DNA of 64,000 nucleotides from a virus (lineage: Duplodnaviria > Caudoviricetes), in the IMG/VR virus record IMGVR_UViG_3300010365_001171, positions 1-64,000 of that record. The stretch is one strand, 5' to 3'. Positions 29,086 to 39,729 of the stretch are shown here, in pieces; positions within the stretch are counted from its first letter, which is position 1, and the number at the start of each line of letters is the position of its first letter. The notes beneath the pieces were generated by a model. That model made no database searches. It had not been told where the DNA came from and saw nothing but the letters and a program-made list of their open reading frames with translations. The position numbers were made by a program, and so were the translations under genes.

Positions 29086-29895
29086 ATGTACGAATTGCAT
29101 CAAGACATTAAAAATTTATACGAATCAGGTTTATATCCTGTTGATATAGCTAAAAAACTAAACAAACATTTAACTTCTGTTAAAAGAATTTTAATTAAAT
29201 ATTATAAAGAATTACGAGTTGAATCTAAAAGTTCAATAAATAATATTTTATTTGAAAATCTGAAAAATAGAGATGTTAATTATTTTTTAGGCTTATTAGC
29301 TACTGATGGTTGTATAGTTAATTCACGTATAACTTTATCTTTACATGAAAAAGATTTAGATATAATTGTTAAGTACAAAGATTTTTTAAAAACAAAAAAT
29401 AAAATAGCTTATCAAAAACATACTAAATTCAATTCAACACAAGTAAGAATAAGTGTTAGAAATAAAACTGTAACACAAAGATTAATTTCTTATGGTATTA
29501 CAAGTAAAAAAAGTGAAACATTATGTTTGAGTATTCCAATAACATGGGATATGTTTAGAGGGTTTGTTGATGGAGATGGATCAATTTCAGGTATTAATAA
29601 AAATAAAGGTTGTAGAATTCAAATAGCTACAATTTCCGAAAAGTTTAAAGATCAAATCCAAGAATTTTTAAAATTAAATAAAATTGATTTTAAAACGTAC
29701 AAATCTAAAAATATTTATCAAATAACTATACATAAAGACTCAGAAGTATTAAAATGTTTTGATAACATGTACAAAGACACTGAAACTTATATAAAAAGAA
29801 AGTTTCATAGCGCCACACTTTATAGAAATATATTGGAAAATAAACCACTTAAATTCAGGGAAAACGTGTCGACAACCCTGAGCGAAATCTATTGA
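29086..29895 (+). CDS. intron-encoded double-motif LAGLIDADG homing endonuclease
   Basis: YFLGLLATDGC and FRGFVDGDGS. Confidence 0.9.
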   Translation: MYELHQDIKNLYESGLYPVDIAKKLNKHLTSVKRILIKYYKELRVESKSSINNILFENLKNRDVNYFLGLLATDGCIVNSRITLSLHEKDLDIIVKYKDFLKTKNKIAYQKHTKFNSTQVRISVRNKTVTQRLISYGITSKKSETLCLSIPITWDMFRGFVDGDGSISGINKNKGCRIQIATISEKFKDQIQEFLKLNKIDFKTYKSKNIYQITIHKDSEVLKCFDNMYKDTETYIKRKFHSATLYRNILENKPLKFRENVSTTLSEIY

Positions 29896-30002
29896 CCTTT
29901 AAGGTAAATTAAACAAATAGAGACGTGCAGAGACTATAATAGTGGGGACTTAACCATTTTATGGAAAGTTCAAGGGATAGTCCAAATAGAATAAAACTAT
30001 AG

Positions 30003-30692
30003 GCAGAGATACGTGTAGCAGCTTCTGATTCACAAGAATCAGTATTAATTAAAGGATTTTCAGAAGGATTAGATTTCCATAGTGTATTAGCACAGGTATC
30101 TTTTAGAATTATTTTAAACGACCCCGATTTAATTGTTACCAGCGAAATAAATAAACAATATAGAACAGCCCATAAAGCTGTCTTATTTGGTTATATTTAC
30201 GGCGGCGGACCACAAAGAATTAGCCAAATTTTAAATATTCCGATAGAAACAGCAAAGCTAGTATATATGCAACTTAAAAAAACATTACCAACTTTAGACC
30301 GTTATTTAACTGATAGTGCAAAATTTGCAACAAAAAATTATTACATAAATGGGTCAAAAAGAACAAATAGAAGAAGATGGTTTTCTGACTTTTTTGAAGG
30401 TAAGATGGAGGCGCATGAGGTAGAAAGACAAGCTAAAAATATGCCTGTGCAAGCAACCAATGCAGATATGATTAAAGAAGCAATTATAGAAGTTATAGAA
30501 TATTTTGAATCAATAGGAAATATTGCTAAACTTTTATTCACTGTACATGATGAATTAGATTTTGTTATACCAATAGGAAGGCAAGACATTGCAGAAAATG
30601 TAAAAAATATTATGGAGAACGTAGGAAATAAATATTTAACAAATGTAAAAATGGTTTCAGATTTAACAATAGACACATGCTGGAAGAAATAA
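30003..30692 (+). CDS. polA: family A DNA polymerase, exon 2
   Basis: AEIRVAA, RTAHKAVLFGYIYG (motif B), PVQATNAD, TVHDEL (motif C); spliced protein 649 aa. Confidence 0.92.
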   Translation, partial: AEIRVAASDSQESVLIKGFSEGLDFHSVLAQVSFRIILNDPDLIVTSEINKQYRTAHKAVLFGYIYGGGPQRISQILNIPIETAKLVYMQLKKTLPTLDRYLTDSAKFATKNYYINGSKRTNRRRWFSDFFEGKMEAHEVERQAKNMPVQATNADMIKEAIIEVIEYFESIGNIAKLLFTVHDELDFVIPIGRQDIAENVKNIMENVGNKYLTNVKMVSDLTIDTCWKK

Positions 30693-31300
30693 AGCCAACT
30701 CTTAGTATATATGCAGATTTTCCTCTACATTTACAGGAGTTAATTAAAGAAGAAGTAAAAAATCAAGGAAATTCTTTTAACCCTAGATCAAGTAAGTCAT
30801 CATCAAACGGGTTTCATTGGGCCTCCTCTATAATGGGGCCTGATTTTTGGGGTAGTATTTTAGAATACGGAAATATGGATAGACATATTTTTAAAGGGTC
30901 TATGACCATAGAAAAGTTAGGAGGTTTTAAAAATAACGGGTACGTTATACATGTATGTACTTCACCTGTAATACGCAGTTTAGGTGATTTATTTAGTTTA
31001 GAACTTTCAATTTTTAATAATTATCTAAACAATTTACATTTTCATCCAATAAATTTGGCTGAACTAGTAAGGTTACAAACATACAAAGAAGGTTATTTTG
31101 ATTTTTTTTGTATAAAAAATTTTTATTTAATTGTAAAATTCCCATTAAAAATTTTGTTAAGAAAGTTTTACGAACACTTCAACAAAGATTTTGATATTAT
31201 AGATATAAAAACACTTAACAAAAGGGAGCTAGTTATATATTTTTCGATATTGTTTAACTTAAAATTTATAAAGAAACACCCCATAAATGGATATTTTTAA
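30677..31300 (+). CDS. hypothetical protein
   Basis: 207-aa ORF with a F.W......DFW motif. Confidence 0.65.
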   Translation: MLEEIKPTLSIYADFPLHLQELIKEEVKNQGNSFNPRSSKSSSNGFHWASSIMGPDFWGSILEYGNMDRHIFKGSMTIEKLGGFKNNGYVIHVCTSPVIRSLGDLFSLELSIFNNYLNNLHFHPINLAELVRLQTYKEGYFDFFCIKNFYLIVKFPLKILLRKFYEHFNKDFDIIDIKTLNKRELVIYFSILFNLKFIKKHPINGYF

Positions 31301-32231
31301 AAAAAGAGTAAATTATAAACCATTTGAGTACCCGGAAGTAGTTAATTTTACAGACGCAATAGACAAATCTTTTTGGACTGTAACAGAACTAAACTTTACT
31401 GCTGATATTCAAGACTTCCACAGTAATTTAAGTTTAATTGAAAAAGAAGCTGTAAAAAGATCATTATTAGGAATATCTCAAATTGAAGTAGGAGTAAAAA
31501 CTTTTTGGGGAAATCTTTACAGTATACTTCCAAAGCCAGAATTCAACGGTTTAGGAAGTACTTTTGCCCACAATGAGTGGATACACTCTCAAGCTTATGC
31601 AAAATTAAATGAGTTACTAGGTTATAATGATGAATATGAGAAAATAATTAAATTAAAAGTTTTTCAAGATAAGTTAAATGCTATAGAAGAAAACATGTCT
31701 AGTAAAGATATTGTTAGCAAAATATTGTTTTTTATTCTTATTATTGAGAACTGTAGTTTATTTTCACAATTTGCTATAATTTTAGCTTTTACTCGTTTTA
31801 AAGGTTTAATGAAAAACGTAAGTAATGTCATTGCTTGGACAAGCGTTGATGAAGAACTTCACGCAAGCGCAGGAATATACATTTTAAATAAACTAAAAGA
31901 AGAAGGTCATGAAATTAATATTGAATTTGTTTACGCTACAATTAAAGAATATTTAAAATTAGAAGAGAATCTTTTAGATTGGATATTTGAATTGGGAGAA
32001 TTTGAATTTTTTAGTAAAAAGAATTTATTAGATTTCATGAAAGGTAGACTAGATGATGCTTTAGTTAAATTAAATATACCTAAATTATTTAATGTTGCTA
32101 ACGAAGATTTATATCCTATGAAATGGTTTAATGAAGAAATTTATTCAAACGCAATGGATGATTTTTTCGCGAAAAGACCCACAGATTACACAAAACATGA
32201 CAAATCAATAAGTCCCGAAGACTTGTTTTAA
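31287..32231 (+). CDS. nrdB: ribonucleotide reductase class Ia beta subunit
   Basis: E.IHS.AY, IENCSLFSQF, DEELH, DFFAKRPTDY. Confidence 0.95.
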   Translation: MDIFKKRVNYKPFEYPEVVNFTDAIDKSFWTVTELNFTADIQDFHSNLSLIEKEAVKRSLLGISQIEVGVKTFWGNLYSILPKPEFNGLGSTFAHNEWIHSQAYAKLNELLGYNDEYEKIIKLKVFQDKLNAIEENMSSKDIVSKILFFILIIENCSLFSQFAIILAFTRFKGLMKNVSNVIAWTSVDEELHASAGIYILNKLKEEGHEINIEFVYATIKEYLKLEENLLDWIFELGEFEFFSKKNLLDFMKGRLDDALVKLNIPKLFNVANEDLYPMKWFNEEIYSNAMDDFFAKRPTDYTKHDKSISPEDLF

Positions 32232-32243
32232 AACAATTTAAAT

Positions 32244-34331
32244 ATGGAAAATACAAATTTTTGGTGGCTCAATGAAGAGAGTGAGCAGATACTAAATCGA
32301 GGATACTTATTAAAAGGGGAATCAACAGAAGGCGCTGTAGATCGTATAACTAAGGCAGCTGCAAATCGTCTTAAAATGCCTCAATTAGCAGAAAAGTTTA
32401 AAGACTTGATAGCTAAGGGTTGGATGAGTTTAAGCTCTCCAATTTGGGCTAATATGGGCACAGAAAGAGGATTACCTATAAGCTGTTTTAATGTACATTT
32501 ACCAGATGGAATTGAAGAAATAACACATAAGTTAGGAGAGGTTATTATGCAAACCAAAATTGGTGGAGGAACATCTGGCTACTTTGGTGAATTAAGATCT
32601 CGTGGTAGCACTGTTACTGATAACGGTAAAAGTAGCGGTGCGGTTAGCTTTATGAAGCTTTTCGACACGGCAATGGACACTATTTCTCAAGGTGGCGTTC
32701 GCAGAGGCGCTTTTGCAGCTTATTTAGATGTAGAACATACTGACATTGAAGAATTTTTAGAAATTAAAAATGTTGGAAACCCTATACAAAATTTATTTAC
32801 AGGGGTATGTGTTACAGATCTTTGGATGCAGGAAATGATCGAAGGAGACAGAGAAAAAAGAATTGTTTGGTCTAAAATTCTGGAATCAAGACAACAAAAA
32901 GGAACTCCTTACATTTTCTTTACTGATAATGTAAATAGAAACAAACCTAAAATTTATAAGGATTTAAATTTACAGATTAATTCCTCTAATCTATGTGTTG
33001 CTCCCTATACCGAAATTCTTACCGATAAAGGAGAGTTTCATATTGAAAAATTAGAAGGGCAAGATATTAAAGTATGGAACGGAGAGGAATTTTCAAATAC
33101 TAAAGTATTCAAGACTGGAGAAAATCAAAAGTTAACAAGAGTTGAGGTAGAAGTTACTTATTTAGATAAATCTACAGAAACTAAACGACTGGACTGCACA
33201 GAGTATCATAAATGGTATGATATTAATGGTGATCAAATTATAACTAAAGATATAGAAATTGGACAAGAGTTGCTTACATGGGAAACTCCTGATTCTGTAG
33301 TAGTTAAAGCTGTTGTTATTAATATACAATCTCTTCCAGATCTTTCTGATACTTATTGTTTTACAGAACCTAAGAGAAATATGGGAATGTTTAATGGATT
33401 ACTAACTGGGCAGTGCTCTGAAATAGCCCTTCCATCTACTAAAGACGAATCTTTTATTTGTTGCCTATCTTCTATGAACTTGGAATTGTATGACGAATGG
33501 AAAGATACAGACGCAGTAGAAACAGCAATCTTCTTTTTAGACGCTGTGTTAGAGGAATTTATTGCTAAAACAGAAGGTAATTATTATCTTACTAACGCAA
33601 GAAATTTTGCAATTAGGCACAGAGCTATAGGTTTGGGAGCACTCGGATGGCACTCTTATCTACAAAAAAACATGCTCCCTTTTGAGGGTATGAAGTCCAA
33701 ACAACTTACAAATAGTATTTTTAAAAACATAAGTGAAAAAGCCCATGAAGCCTCTGTAAAACTTGCAGAACTGTTTGGTACAGCTCCCATCTTTAAAGAC
33801 GCTAAAGAGGGCACTAAAGGCCGCAGAAATACTACTCTACTTGCAATCGCCCCTACCACATCGAGTTCAGCAATTCTTGGACAGGCCTCTCCGGGTATTG
33901 AACCCTTCAGCAGCAATTATTTTAAAGCTGGATTAGCTAAAGGTAACTTTATGCGAAAAAATAAATATCTAGAAATAATTTTAGAAGAAAAAGGTTATAA
34001 TAATGAAGATGTTTGGAGAACTATTATGATGGATAGTGGTTCTGTAAACAAATTAGACTTTTTAACAAAAGAGGAAAAAGATGTTTTTAAAACCTTTAAA
34101 GAAATCAGTCAGTTGGAGATCATCCAACAAGCCTCCATTAGACAGAAATTTATAGATCAAGCACAAAGTTTAAATTTAAATATACCTTCTACTATGGAAG
34201 TAAAAGATGTAAATAAATTAATTATTGAAGCTTGGTCATTAGGAATTAAAACTCTTTATTATCAAAGAAGTCAAAGTGTAGCGAAAGAAATGGTAAATAA
34301 TTTAGTAACTTGTGCATCCTGTGAATCATGA
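32244..34331 (+). CDS. nrdA: ribonucleotide reductase class Ia alpha subunit containing an intein
   Basis: ISCF, GGGT, SNL(intein)CSEI, CCLSS, APTTSS, KTLYY, C-terminal CxxC. Confidence 0.95.
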   Translation: MENTNFWWLNEESEQILNRGYLLKGESTEGAVDRITKAAANRLKMPQLAEKFKDLIAKGWMSLSSPIWANMGTERGLPISCFNVHLPDGIEEITHKLGEVIMQTKIGGGTSGYFGELRSRGSTVTDNGKSSGAVSFMKLFDTAMDTISQGGVRRGAFAAYLDVEHTDIEEFLEIKNVGNPIQNLFTGVCVTDLWMQEMIEGDREKRIVWSKILESRQQKGTPYIFFTDNVNRNKPKIYKDLNLQINSSNLCVAPYTEILTDKGEFHIEKLEGQDIKVWNGEEFSNTKVFKTGENQKLTRVEVEVTYLDKSTETKRLDCTEYHKWYDINGDQIITKDIEIGQELLTWETPDSVVVKAVVINIQSLPDLSDTYCFTEPKRNMGMFNGLLTGQCSEIALPSTKDESFICCLSSMNLELYDEWKDTDAVETAIFFLDAVLEEFIAKTEGNYYLTNARNFAIRHRAIGLGALGWHSYLQKNMLPFEGMKSKQLTNSIFKNISEKAHEASVKLAELFGTAPIFKDAKEGTKGRRNTTLLAIAPTTSSSAILGQASPGIEPFSSNYFKAGLAKGNFMRKNKYLEIILEEKGYNNEDVWRTIMMDSGSVNKLDFLTKEEKDVFKTFKEISQLEIIQQASIRQKFIDQAQSLNLNIPSTMEVKDVNKLIIEAWSLGIKTLYYQRSQSVAKEMVNNLVTCASCES
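32994..33413 (+). mobile_element. 140-aa mini-intein (C251-Q390) without endonuclease
   Basis: Starts CVAPYTEILT; block B CTEYHKW; block F DTYCF; ends GLLTGQ before Cys+1 of NLCSEI. Confidence 0.92.
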
Positions 34332-34897
34332 CGATAAATATTAAAGAAAAAACTAAAGAGGAAGTTGATACACCATTAAGAATTATTTATTCTGGTAATA
34401 TTAACACAGGACTTGAAATTTATGAAGAGTTTTTTAAATTACATAAAAAAGCGAGTAAAAGAAACCTTTTATTAAAATCTTTAGACCCTGATAAAGTAGA
34501 TATAAAAAGTATTACTGAAGATTGTTTTTTTACTGTGTCCGATACAGGCTTTAAAAAAGATAAACAATTAACAGAGTTAGAATTTTTTGGAGGAAAATTT
34601 TTTTATATTACGGAAACAGTTAAAAGTTTAGCATGTAGTGTATATTTAGAAGATTTTCAATTAGAAGCTTTTGGTAAAATTGTAAACACTGCTTTAGATG
34701 GGGATATAATTTTAAATTGTAATAATGAAATTATTAAAGTTCCTTCAATATACATTTGGGATGTAAGAGATAAAACAGAACAACCTTCTCGATTATTAGA
34801 AAAATCTACTATTTTTTTATCTACAAAGATGAGTTTTATAAAAAAAAAGAAATTGTTAAATAATTTTTATTACGATAATATAAGTGCTAAATATTAA
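34328..34897 (+). CDS. hypothetical protein
   Basis: 189-aa ORF. Confidence 0.65.
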   Translation: MTINIKEKTKEEVDTPLRIIYSGNINTGLEIYEEFFKLHKKASKRNLLLKSLDPDKVDIKSITEDCFFTVSDTGFKKDKQLTELEFFGGKFFYITETVKSLACSVYLEDFQLEAFGKIVNTALDGDIILNCNNEIIKVPSIYIWDVRDKTEQPSRLLEKSTIFLSTKMSFIKKKKLLNNFYYDNISAKY

Positions 34898-35321
34898 ACT
34901 TATAAATAAATCAAAAAATGTAAATCCTAATTATCAAAGAGAAGGGGATGCAGGGGTTGATTTACATTGTGACTTAGAAACAGAAAAAGTTATTAAGCCT
35001 TTTGAAAGAGTTTTAATTCCAACAGGTATTTACATCTCTTTACCGGAAAACTATGAAGCGCAAGTTAGGCCTAGAAGCGGTTTAGCAATTAACCACGGAA
35101 TTACTGTAATTAATTCTCCAGGAACAATTGACAGTAACTATACAGGGGAAATTAAAATAGGATTAATTAATCTATCTACTACTGATTATACAATTTCTTC
35201 GGGAGAGCGGGTAGCTCAATTAGTTTTTAGTCCAGTAGAAAAAGTTAAATTTATTACAGTAGATGTACTTGAAAGTACTGCTAGAAATGAAAAAGGTTTT
35301 GGATCATCAGGAAAATTTTAA
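34884..35321 (+). CDS. dut: trimeric dUTPase
   Basis: AGVDL, RPRSGLA, GTIDSNYTGE, RVAQL, R...GFGSSG. Confidence 0.96.
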   Translation: MLNIKLINKSKNVNPNYQREGDAGVDLHCDLETEKVIKPFERVLIPTGIYISLPENYEAQVRPRSGLAINHGITVINSPGTIDSNYTGEIKIGLINLSTTDYTISSGERVAQLVFSPVEKVKFITVDVLESTARNEKGFGSSGKF

Positions 35322-35326
35322 ACATT

Positions 35327-35356
35327 ATTGGGGGTACAAAAGCCCCCAATTTTTTA
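35327..35356 (+). terminator. intrinsic terminator after dut
   Basis: ATTGGGGG-loop-CCCCCAAT followed by a T run. Confidence 0.85.
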
Positions 35357-35504
35357 ATTATGACAAAAGAAATAAAAATACAAATAGAGGATGAGGTTAC
35401 TTTCATTAATATAGAATATCAAAAAGATACTACAGGAAATATCGTGTTGCTTTCTGAAGTACCAGCTAATTTAAAAACCTTAATAATAAAAACCATAGAA
35501 AAAG

Positions 35505-36158
35505 ATGACTAGTCAAGTTTACGGAGTTTTTAAAGCTATAACGATTTCACAGAGATTCGGTGTGCCTTTTATTATTGACGATAACTTTCTAGTTTTTTTA
35601 GCATTACAAGAAAGTGTAAGTTATCGTTTAGATCCTGTACTTATTTTAGAAACAGTAAAAAAGCTATTAAATTTGTACCCTGAAAATACAAGTGAAATAA
35701 GATCTTTTTTATTTGAGGGTATAAAAATAGAGGATTCATTGAATTCAGACTTTTTAGTTTGTTTAATTCCTTTTATAAATGGAGGCTTTTATGGGAAAAA
35801 AAATATTTATTATGTCTTAGAATTAATGGGATACTTAAATCCAGGAAATATTTTAGAAACACAAGATCTTTTATTTATAAAGGAACCAAAAAAATCTGAT
35901 ATAGGTAAAACACCAAGAGTATTTTTAGAAAGGGCCCTTATTAAAAAAGAGCACACTTCTGAAATTATTTTTAGTATTATCAAAAGAAATGATACTTTAG
36001 AAAAAGCTCTTTTAGATGTTATAAAATTAAAGTTACCCCCAGAATTTTTTTTTATTTTAGGAGCTTTATATGGCGTGATGTTGTATTATAAACCTGATTT
36101 AACGATAGTTTCTAAAATATTACCTCAGCATATTTTTAATTCTTTAAAATTAAAATAA
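35505..36158 (+). CDS. hypothetical protein, possibly a degenerate ADP-ribosylglycohydrolase fold
   Basis: IDDNFLVFLALQES resembles TDDT...ALAES; C-terminal GALYG; catalytic motifs incomplete. Confidence 0.3.
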   Translation: MTSQVYGVFKAITISQRFGVPFIIDDNFLVFLALQESVSYRLDPVLILETVKKLLNLYPENTSEIRSFLFEGIKIEDSLNSDFLVCLIPFINGGFYGKKNIYYVLELMGYLNPGNILETQDLLFIKEPKKSDIGKTPRVFLERALIKKEHTSEIIFSIIKRNDTLEKALLDVIKLKLPPEFFFILGALYGVMLYYKPDLTIVSKILPQHIFNSLKLK

Positions 36159-38390
36159 TGAGACTATTTTTAGATAAGTATTATAGTACAGAAACAATAG
36201 CTGATTTATCAAAAAACGACACTTTTTTAATAAAAGAAGACAATAAAGTAGTTAAAATTGTTAAAGCTAGTTTATTATACGCAAGTTATCCTTGTGTGAG
36301 CTTTACAAAAGGTCACGAATTATTGGAATACTTTAAAGCTAATTATTTTAGGGTAGATGAAATTTGTCTTTCATACGAATCGGGGTTTAGTGATAAAGAA
36401 ATACCTAAAACCAGCATACAAAGTCAAAAATTAAAGGCAAAAGTAAGTTTATTGAATGGGCCAAGGATTATTGATATTATATCAAAATTTTGTGAGGAAA
36501 CTGAAATTATTGCTCCTATATTTTATATCCACGAAACTGACTTACTTAGATTAAATTTATTTAATAAAGGAATATGCAAAGAAAAGAAATAAAAAAAACA
36601 AAGTGTTTAAATACTAGAATTTGTAGGGCCTGTAATTCTTTTAGAAAGCCTAATTCTGTTTGTAAATGTTTACCAGTTAAAACGAATACTTTACAATCTT
36701 TGGATAAAAAACTAATAAAATTTTTTGTTGATAAAAATTGTATTTATATAGGAGACTTTTCTTGGAAAATCCGAAATAAAAATGTATTTATTAGTTTATT
36801 TTACGACACATATAAAGATTATTATATAGGAGTTAAACCAGAGTACAGAAAAAACTTTTCCGGTAAAACTATTTTAGTCAAGTATTCTATTTTAAATATA
36901 AGAAATGTAGATCACCTAGTAATTAAATCAATTTTAGTGGAAGAGGAGTATTTAATTTCTTGTGCCTCTATACATAAAAACGTAAAAGGAAAAAATTTTA
37001 TTACCGGGGGGTTACAAAAACCACAATCAAACGTAAAGATATTTACAAATTTAGTTTTAGTAGAAGGAAAATTTTATAAAAAATTATGATTATAAAAAAA
37101 GATGGCGTAATATTAAAAACGTATTTAAAATTATTTGCAAAATTTGGATTTGAGCCAGCATTAAAAACCGATATTACAGATACCCCAACAACAACTTACT
37201 CAGAATTATTTACTTGGGCAGAAAATTGCCTTCGTATAGAGATAATAATAGAAAACAGGGTTATAAAAATATATAACACAGATGGTAAATTATTAAAATT
37301 AAATACGGTATTAGAACATTCTGAGATGTTACGAAAAACTATGTATACTTTATACGTTTTTATGACTAAGAACATAATAGAGTGTTATAAATCATTTAAA
37401 TTTTATGGTAAATTTTACAAAGATTTTAATTCTACTATTTCTATGTTAAATTATAATTCTAAAGAAGTCTATAAAAGAAAGCTTAACACTAAAAAAGATT
37501 TTACTTTTAATGAGGTTTTATTAGAAGCAACACAAGACTTATTAAACAAATTATTATTTAGAGAATCTGTACAGAGTAGTAATAATACTTTTGCTGATAA
37601 AAGTTGTATAAAATTTGTCCAATCATTAAATGATGCGTGTAATTTTAATTTAACCTCAAATTTTCATGAGGACAAAAAAATTGAAGACACTAAAACAGAG
37701 TTTATTAGATTAGAAGCTCTTTTAAAAAGTCTTAAAGCTGAAAAAGTAAAAGGCCCAGAAAGTATTTTAAAAATAATTAAATCCTTTAAAACATTAACAA
37801 AACCAGTAATTTTCAAACAAATAAAATTTTATAAAGATGCTTAAAATAGGTGATATAGTTAGAGTAATAGATGACAAACAATATGAAAATCTAGAAGGAA
37901 AACCGGATTTAAAGTTAGGAGAAATTTGTTCTGTTCACAATTTACTTGTACACAATGGTTGTGTTCATGTGGATGTGGGTAAAAAAACGGATAAAAATTA
38001 TATAAGATGTAAACATACATTGGAAAACTTAGATTTAAATTTATTTAGGCAAAACACTGAATGGTGTTCACCAGATAGATTTGAATTAGTACAAAAATAA
38101 TGGTAAAAACATTTGAAAAAGTAATTTGTAACAGCAATATTATAAATCAAATAAATGCAGGGATTCGTTATTACAAAACACCCCAAATTTTTAGGCTTTG
38201 GTTCTATAAAACTAAAAATGATGTATCAATATCTTTATTTTATAGGCTTAATTTTAAAGAGGATAATAATATAAGACAAATCGTTGAATTAAGTGAGGTT
38301 TACGAAAAATCTCCTAAGTACAAAAAAGATTTAAACCAAAAGAAAAAAAATGTGGGGATTTTAAAAAAATTATTAACTCTATTTAAATGA
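36158..38390 (+). CDS. run of five hypothetical ORFs (36158-36592, 36574-37089, 37086-37844, 37837-38100, 38100-38390)
   Basis: Overlapping co-oriented ORFs; 36574 has a CxxC...CxC cluster. Confidence 0.65.
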
Positions 38391-39289
38391 GCGGAAAGCG
38401 TTATAACAAAGGTAAAATTAGGTATGATTTAATACCAACAGGTCCGATGAAATATTTAGGAGACACTTATACTAAAGGGGCCCATAAATATACCTTGTAC
38501 AAGGACTCAGATGGTAATTTTCATAAGGGGTCTGAAATAACTATCAAAGAATCTTTATCTATGGAAGTAATTGATTCTGGTGCCAATAATTGGCGTAAAG
38601 GTTTAAGCTTTATGGAAACAATTGCTTCTGTAGAAAGGCATATAAGTGATTGGAAAGTAGGAAAAGAAATAGATGAAGATTTAGGTACTGCAAATTTATC
38701 AAATGCTGCGTGGGGTTTATTTTCTCTTTTAGAATTAGGTAAAACTCATCCTGAAAAAGACGATAGACCCTTTTGGTTTAATAAACAGTTTAAAAAAGTA
38801 GTGTTAGATTTAGACGGTGTTGTAGGAGCTTTTGAAGAGCACTTAATTAATAAGGGCTATATAGATAAAGATATTCCTGTAACACACTGGCAAGACCCTA
38901 GAATAAAGCCTATTTTAAAAATTATAAAAGAAGATAAAGAATTTTGGGTAAGTATGCCATTACTTATAGATGTTAAAAATTTAAATTATCCAATTGCGGG
39001 ATACTGCACAGCTAGAAGTATACCCTTAGAATGGATAGAGGAATGGATGTTAATAAATTTAATACCACTTGCACCTATTTTAAAAGTAGATTTTGGGGAA
39101 TCAAAATCAAAAGTTTTAAAAGAATTTGGTTGTGATATAATGATAGATGATTCAATTGAAAATTTTGTAGATTTAAACAGTTCGGGAATTTCTTGTTTTT
39201 TAAAAACAAGGACACACAATAAGAATTACAATGTAGGAAACAGAAGAATAGATAATCTAGAAATTTTTTTAAATTCATTACAAGTATGA
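38387..39289 (+). CDS. DUF5664 (dATP/dGTP diphosphohydrolase-like) fused to a HAD 5'(3')-nucleotidase
   Basis: GKRYNKGK.RYDLIP, GA.KY, NW.KG, S.ERH, AAW; then LDLDGV...MIDDS. Confidence 0.8.
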   Translation: MSGKRYNKGKIRYDLIPTGPMKYLGDTYTKGAHKYTLYKDSDGNFHKGSEITIKESLSMEVIDSGANNWRKGLSFMETIASVERHISDWKVGKEIDEDLGTANLSNAAWGLFSLLELGKTHPEKDDRPFWFNKQFKKVVLDLDGVVGAFEEHLINKGYIDKDIPVTHWQDPRIKPILKIIKEDKEFWVSMPLLIDVKNLNYPIAGYCTARSIPLEWIEEWMLINLIPLAPILKVDFGESKSKVLKEFGCDIMIDDSIENFVDLNSSGISCFLKTRTHNKNYNVGNRRIDNLEIFLNSLQV

Positions 39290-39729
39290 CACAAGTAGAA
39301 TTGTGGAAAAGCCACTATAAATATAAACATAAATTAAGATTCCCGATACACCTAGAACAACAATGGGAAAGTTTAGAAAATAAATCAATTGACAACTTTA
39401 TTCTATTTTTTATTACAACAGCTGTAAGTGCGAGCTCTCGTACTGTAAAAGGAAGTATTTATAGTAGTTCAGGGGGTTATGCAAGATCTTTATCTGATTT
39501 AATGAGTCATTTTAAATACTATTTTCCACAAGGAAACCTTATAGAATTACTAAAAGAATTAAATAAGTCATCTAATATTTACCCACTTTTTTGTAACGAT
39601 GTTCAAAAATTAGTTCTTAAATATTCTTTTAATGGAGGAGGATTAATTGAAACGTGTCATAAGGTATTAACTAAAAATAAAAAAGATTTAAGATTAAATA
39701 AGCTTTTTGAAGAGTTAAACAATGGATAA
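39286..39729 (+). CDS. hypothetical protein, paralog family A-like copy 3
   Basis: GGYARSLSDL..HFKYYFP...FCNDVQK. Confidence 0.7.
   Translation: MTQVELWKSHYKYKHKLRFPIHLEQQWESLENKSIDNFILFFITTAVSASSRTVKGSIYSSSGGYARSLSDLMSHFKYYFPQGNLIELLKELNKSSNIYPLFCNDVQKLVLKYSFNGGGLIETCHKVLTKNKKDLRLNKLFEELNNG

Larger units (their letters stand above)
29030..30002 (+). mobile_element. group I intron in polA motif A (ORF in loop L1)
   Basis: IGS GCCAC (29812-29816) pairs exon GTGGT with U.G; P3 CCACT/AGTGG; CAGGG/CCCTG; GAGACT and GATAGTCC core; terminal G30002; spliced DLSG|AEIR restores D.S..E.R. Confidence 0.88.

Noticed and set aside
38387-39289. Z-genome (2-aminoadenine) or 7-deazaguanine pathway
   Set aside because: No PurZ, MazZ/DatZ set, QueC/D/E or DpdA recognisable in the window; DUF5664 alone is insufficient.
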